Shown here: positions 59,734-64,000 of the stretch, piece by piece
How positions within the stretch are numbered: position 1 is the first letter of the stretch
How the letters are laid out: the number at the start of each line of letters is the position of its first letter
Virus record (IMG/VR): IMGVR_UViG_3300021399_000008
Location: 1 to 64,000 of that record
DNA length: 64,000 nt
Strand: one strand, 5' to 3'
Source: a virus
Lineage: Duplodnaviria; Caudoviricetes
The notes under the pieces: model-generated
Databases searched by the model: none
What the model saw: the letters and a program-made list of their open reading frames with translations, nothing else
Told to the model about the DNA's origin: nothing
Program-made: the position numbers and the translations under genes

Positions 59734-62287
59734 ATGACGATTAATGAACTGGTTGAGATCCTTGGACGTTTCGATGGAATGACTGAAGTGTGTGTGACTG
59801 TTGACAGGAAGCATAAAGGTATTAAAGGTATCAGCAATATTAAGAAGCTGACGAATGAAGACGGTGTTGTAACTGAAGAGAACCAGGTACAGATTAAGCT
59901 GAGGTAAATATGAGACCAGTAGATTGTGACGCTTTGGTCACATTCCTGCGCAACATGGCAGGGTGCGATACATGTGACAATTACGATAGAATAAAATGCA
60001 GGGCCTGCCCGTGGGATGACGCGATTACTGCTGTAGATGACTTCGGCGACAACCATCCTCTTGGCTTTGGACGCTGGAAGAAAGAACTCGGAGGCGCTAG
60101 TCCAGGTGGAACTCCTACTTATGTCTGCTGTTCCTGTGGTGGATCAGAGCATTTGTATGGAGCAGAATACCCAAAGAAGAGGCTGATCTGTAAACAGTGC
60201 GGATCGATTAACGTATACCCGTGGGAGAAAGTGGAGATAGAATAATGGTTGTATATTCAGTTACGCTGACGAGTCCCAGTGGAACCCGTGCCGCAGACAG
60301 CGACGGAAACTACGCTGAGACTTTGTACACCACGAGAGAGATAGCGCAGAAGAAAGCTGATATCTTAAACACATTAGGCGATTACAACCTTTGGCGCTGG
60401 GGCGTCGAGGAAAAGAATATCAGGGACTCCGTAGAATCGCTCTGGTTCTACGGAGAATATTATCCTTATTCAGGTAAGCTGGAGATATATGAAGGCTGCG
60501 CGTACGAGGATATACCTGAGGTAAGAAGAGATTATCCTGATATTGTGTACGGAGAATTGGCTAAGAACCCGTCTTATATAGTGTATGAGTTCGTTATGCC
60601 GTACGATGAGTCATTGAGAACTTGGGAAGATGTAGCAGCCTGTGTCCGCAGCAGATATGAGCTGATCACGAAAGAGTTTAAGCGCACAAAAGGTGAACTC
60701 GGAGAAGTGATCTATACTGAGAAGAAACGGAAGAAGAAAAAGGATGAGTAACTGGAGAGACAATCCGATTACCGAGAAGCAGGTTGAATATATAAGGCAG
60801 ATGCAGCTGGACGCAGAGATGAATGGCGCGATACCTTTGCCTCCGTTCAGAGGAAGTACCAGAGGAGAAGCCAGTGATTACATCGACGCGAATAAAGGCA
60901 GGCAATACGAAGCCTTCGATTACTACGGCCATGGCGATAACTATGGAGACAGAGTATGAGTAACTATAAATATATATGGGACGAGCTGAAGGAAACAATC
61001 CATGAACTGCATGAAGCAAACACAGACAAGCCTGATGTCGAGAACGTGACACGGTTTCTTGAGAACTTGATGAATGTCAAGGAGAAGAAGAATACCGATA
61101 TCAGGGACTGTGCAGCTATGTGGTGCGACGATATCAGTTTCTGCGGAGAAGAGTGTGATTGGCTCGACTGCCCCAGGAACAGTAAGAACATTCGAGATAA
61201 GACAGTACCGCACTCTTATATCGTTGGAACACCTGACGATTGTCCGAAGAAACTGGAAGGAGCAGTATCAGCTGTATGAGCAAACAGAGCAAACAGAACA
61301 AACAGACTGAATACCACGTCGGAGCTTCGGATATCAGCGGGCTTGTCTATATAGGCAGAGCTACAAAAGAAGACGGAGTTTTCTGGTGGAAGGATAAAAG
61401 CGAAGGAACCAGTGAAGCTATTAACGCTGTGATGGGCCATATGCTGCACAAGATAAAACCAGGAGAGAATTCGACAGCTTATATGAATACAACTCGTGAC
61501 GGCAGGTATCTGAGGTTGACACTGGAAGTAACTGATAAGAAACCTGCGTGGCTGGAGGAAGAGGATGACCTGTAATCGAGACTGTGCGCACTGCTGTTAC
61601 TCTCAGCTGATTAAACAGAGTGGATACTGTTCGAGTCCTGGATAGACCTGTAATGGAAACTGTTCCAGCTGCCAGCACTATGTTGTACTGAGATGGAAAT
61701 GGAGATGCGGAAGAGTATGACAGGACGAGAGTTTATTAAATGGATTCTGGATAATCAGGTAGAGGATTGTCCTATCGAGATTGTATATAGAACTCCTGAT
61801 GGAAAATTCTTCCCTGAGACTGATAAGTATTTTGTTCTGGATATCGATGAGAAAGGGAAGGATGAGTTCGGCTGGAACTACAGGAGGATACTGTTGTGAC
61901 GTTTGTGAACTTTAACTTCAAAGGATACGTAGATCCGTGGCTTGTGAATGTCAGCCTGGTTACTGACATTATGTATGACAAAAGTAACAACCAAACGATT
62001 ATCTACTTCCTGTCAGAACCGGGGAGACGGACTGTTGAAGGAAACGTAGTCGACCATATTATAGAGAAGATGAAGAAAGCTGGAGTAAACGTAGTATGAA
62101 GTTTATAAGAATAGACCTGCATAACGATCCAGATCCGTGGTATGTGAACATGGATAAAGTAACAGATTTTTACTACAACAGCGGGACAAAGAAAACGTAT
62201 GTGACTATTGTAGGAGAGGAAAACGAGAGAGTATTCGATGGAAACATCACCACTCAGCTTCTGAATCCTTCACTTTTATGGAGCTGA
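59734..62287 (+). CDS. ~10 small accessory genes, including two paralogs at 61896..62099 and 62096..62287
   Basis: coupled ORFs with RBSs; DPW.VN...VTD..Y duplicated. Confidence 0.7.
61565..61720 (+). CDS. small Cys-rich protein with in-frame TAG at 61643 (absent from track)
   Basis: MTCNRDCAHC...PG*TCNGNCSSC; the duplicated TCN..C..C motif spans the TAG; ATGA overlap with the next gene. Confidence 0.7.
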
Positions 62288-62299
62288 GAGATTTGATAT

Positions 62300-62329
62300 T
62301 TGACATAACGGCTGGCAGTAGGATATGAT
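62300..62329 (+). promoter_or_regulatory. sigmaA-type promoter of the integrase, overlapped by an inverted repeat (62311-62341)
   Basis: TTGACA-18 nt-TATGAT. Confidence 0.6.
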
Positions 62330-62361
62330 CTTACTGTCAGCTGTTCTTTTCGGAGGGTAAG

Positions 62362-63633
62362 ATGAGTATAGATATAGAAAGTATTAAATAGATCGTACAT
62401 GAAACTCTGAAAGAATCGCTGGCTATGTACCTTGAAAACTCAATGTTTCCAGGTTTCCTCAGACCAGAGAAAGAAGAGGAAACCATGGGTGATTTCAGAT
62501 CATTCGTAAATATAGGAACAAGAGAGAAGCCTGTGATGAAGAGGTTAGCCGCGAAGAGCCAGCAGGAACTGAACGACAGGATCGTAAAGGCTTACGTAGA
62601 TTCAGGAAGAATATGGGAGTTTTTGGAGTTAAAATCGGACTCTGAGAATAAACCCAGGGAAACATTCGGGCAGTATGTTGAACGCTGGATTTCGCTCTAT
62701 AAAGTCAATAAAATACGTGGAAACACACTGAAGGATTATAAGACAATACTGACAGGATATCTTATACCGGAGTTCGGGAACAGAGAGTTCGCCTCTATAA
62801 CGACAGATGACTTCCAGAAGTTCCTGAATAAGAACAAACATTTGTCGATGAAGTACCTGACGAACATAAAGATTCTGTTTGGATCTATAGCTAAGGATGC
62901 TGTTGAGGACGGAGTTATAGATAAAGATCCTACTGCGAGCAGGAAACTGTTTATACCTTCGACGAAGAAGAAGGAACGTAAACCTTTAAAGAAGGAAGAG
63001 TATCTGGAAATTCTCGAAGAAGTTAAGAAGCTGAAAGGAAGATTGTATCTTTTGATTGTTCTGCTTATGTTAAGTGGGCTGAGAAGAGGAGAAGTCCTGG
63101 GGCTGAAATGGGAAGACTTCTGCTGGGATGAAGGATACTTCGTAGTTCAAAGGAACGTGACCTTCTCGAAAGGAATATCTGAAGTAGGCGAGACTAAGAC
63201 TGAGTCTGGAAAGAGGAAGGTTCCTATATTAAAAGAACTCAGAACTTTTCTTGAGCCTTATAAGAAGGAATCTGGTTTTATTATCGAAGCTAAAGGAAGA
63301 GATCAGCAGCCAATCTGCAAGTCGACCTTCGACAGAGACTGGTACCAGCTGAATAAACTGATTAACCTGCACGGAGCTACACCTCATATCTTCAGGCACA
63401 CATTCCTGACATTACTGGCTGCGTCTGGGGTAGACATTAAGACTCTGCAGACGATAGCCGGACACAGTAATGCTGAGGTAACAATGAGAGTGTACGTACA
63501 TCCTGTTGACTCAAATATAGTAAAGGCAGGAGCAATGTTCAGTAAGTCAGTCTTTGATAATGTTGACTGGACTAAGTACGAAGAGATTACGGAGAAGTCT
63601 GAGATCGAAGAAGAAGTAGATAACGTAAGTTAA
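62362..63633 (+). CDS. int: tyrosine integrase (N-terminal extension contains TAG at 62389; alternative start 62485)
   Basis: GLRRGE, KT..G.R, HIFRHT, AGH, Y; GGAGG RBS at 62352. Confidence 0.95.
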
Positions 63634-63673
63634 CGTGGTGTCAGTATACATAGGGTATACAGGATTCGAAATA

Positions 63674-63715
63674 TTCATACCCGGAGTGTCATTGGTTCGA
63701 GTCCAATCGGAGCCA
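63674..63715 (+). other. attP core: 3' half of a tRNA-Met(CAT), flanked by ACGTCAG-like arm repeats
   Basis: TTCATAC-CCGGAGTGTC-ATTGGTTCGAGTCCAAT-CGGAGCCA just downstream of int; repeats near 63781, 63793, 63834 and 63861. Confidence 0.85.
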
Positions 63716-63726
63716 TTCTAAGCGTT

Positions 63727-63759
63727 ATCTCGATTCTTCACGAGTCGAGATATTTTTTT
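63727..63759 (+). terminator. intrinsic terminator after the att core
   Basis: ATCTCGATTC/GAGTCGAGAT plus T-run. Confidence 0.75.
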
Positions 63760-64000
63760 ATCCGATGCATAATTCGATTTACGTCAGTCTTAACGTCAGC
63801 CTGAAATACGACTTGGTTTATTCCACTAAGATAGTCAGCCTGTCTGAGCTGTCAGATTCTACGTCAGCCAACAGAAGAAAATAAATTTTTATTCAGCCGT
63901 TATTCACATAAGGAAACCTGGAAGCAGAGTTTATTCTTAACTTTAGCTGTTGTGCAGCGACTGTTAACGTTAGGAATAAGTGCGTTATAAATTACCCCTG

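Noticed and set aside
172-62841. Long minus-strand ORFs (e.g. 172..1047, 30652..31533, 35070..35993, 45714..46709)
   Set aside because: Antisense shadows of well-supported + strand genes, with no RBS or motifs.
63674-63715. Functional tRNA-Met gene or prophage boundary
   Set aside because: Only the 3' half is present, and arm-like repeats flank it, which fits an unintegrated attP.

Overview
This window is 64 kb of a large temperate phage, probably infecting Clostridia or another Firmicute. The evidence is strong GGAGG ribosome-binding sites, sigmaA-type promoters, and a tyrosine integrase next to an attP that matches the 3' half of tRNA-Met. Essentially all real genes are on the + strand, and no virion structural genes are present. 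From left to right: (1) an early region (1-10 kb) of small genes separated by long structured non-coding stretches, a dispersed/tandem hairpin repeat family and a DnaA-box cluster; (2) a ubiquitin-like conjugation operon (Ubl fusion, E2-like, JAB, E1), then a retron-like reverse transcriptase whose msr/msd-like ncRNA lies DOWNSTREAM of the RT; (3) a YonO-like single-subunit RNA polymerase, Sak3, a cluster of anticodon-less tRNA-like RNAs, SSB, primase-helicase, phosphoesterase, nuclease and DnaE; (4) nucleotide metabolism (nrdD with a group I intron, nrdG, dut, thyX, tmk), RuvC, an RNA ligase and tRNAs, including a CUA amber suppressor; (5) a long accessory region with anti-defence-like genes and a cassette-like array bounded by TTAAA-N6-TTTAA sites; (6) integrase and attP. 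At least seven genes contain in-frame TAG codons, indicating that TAG is read as a sense codon, so the supplied ORF track truncates or misses several genes. All calls come from reading the sequence by eye; no database searches were run.
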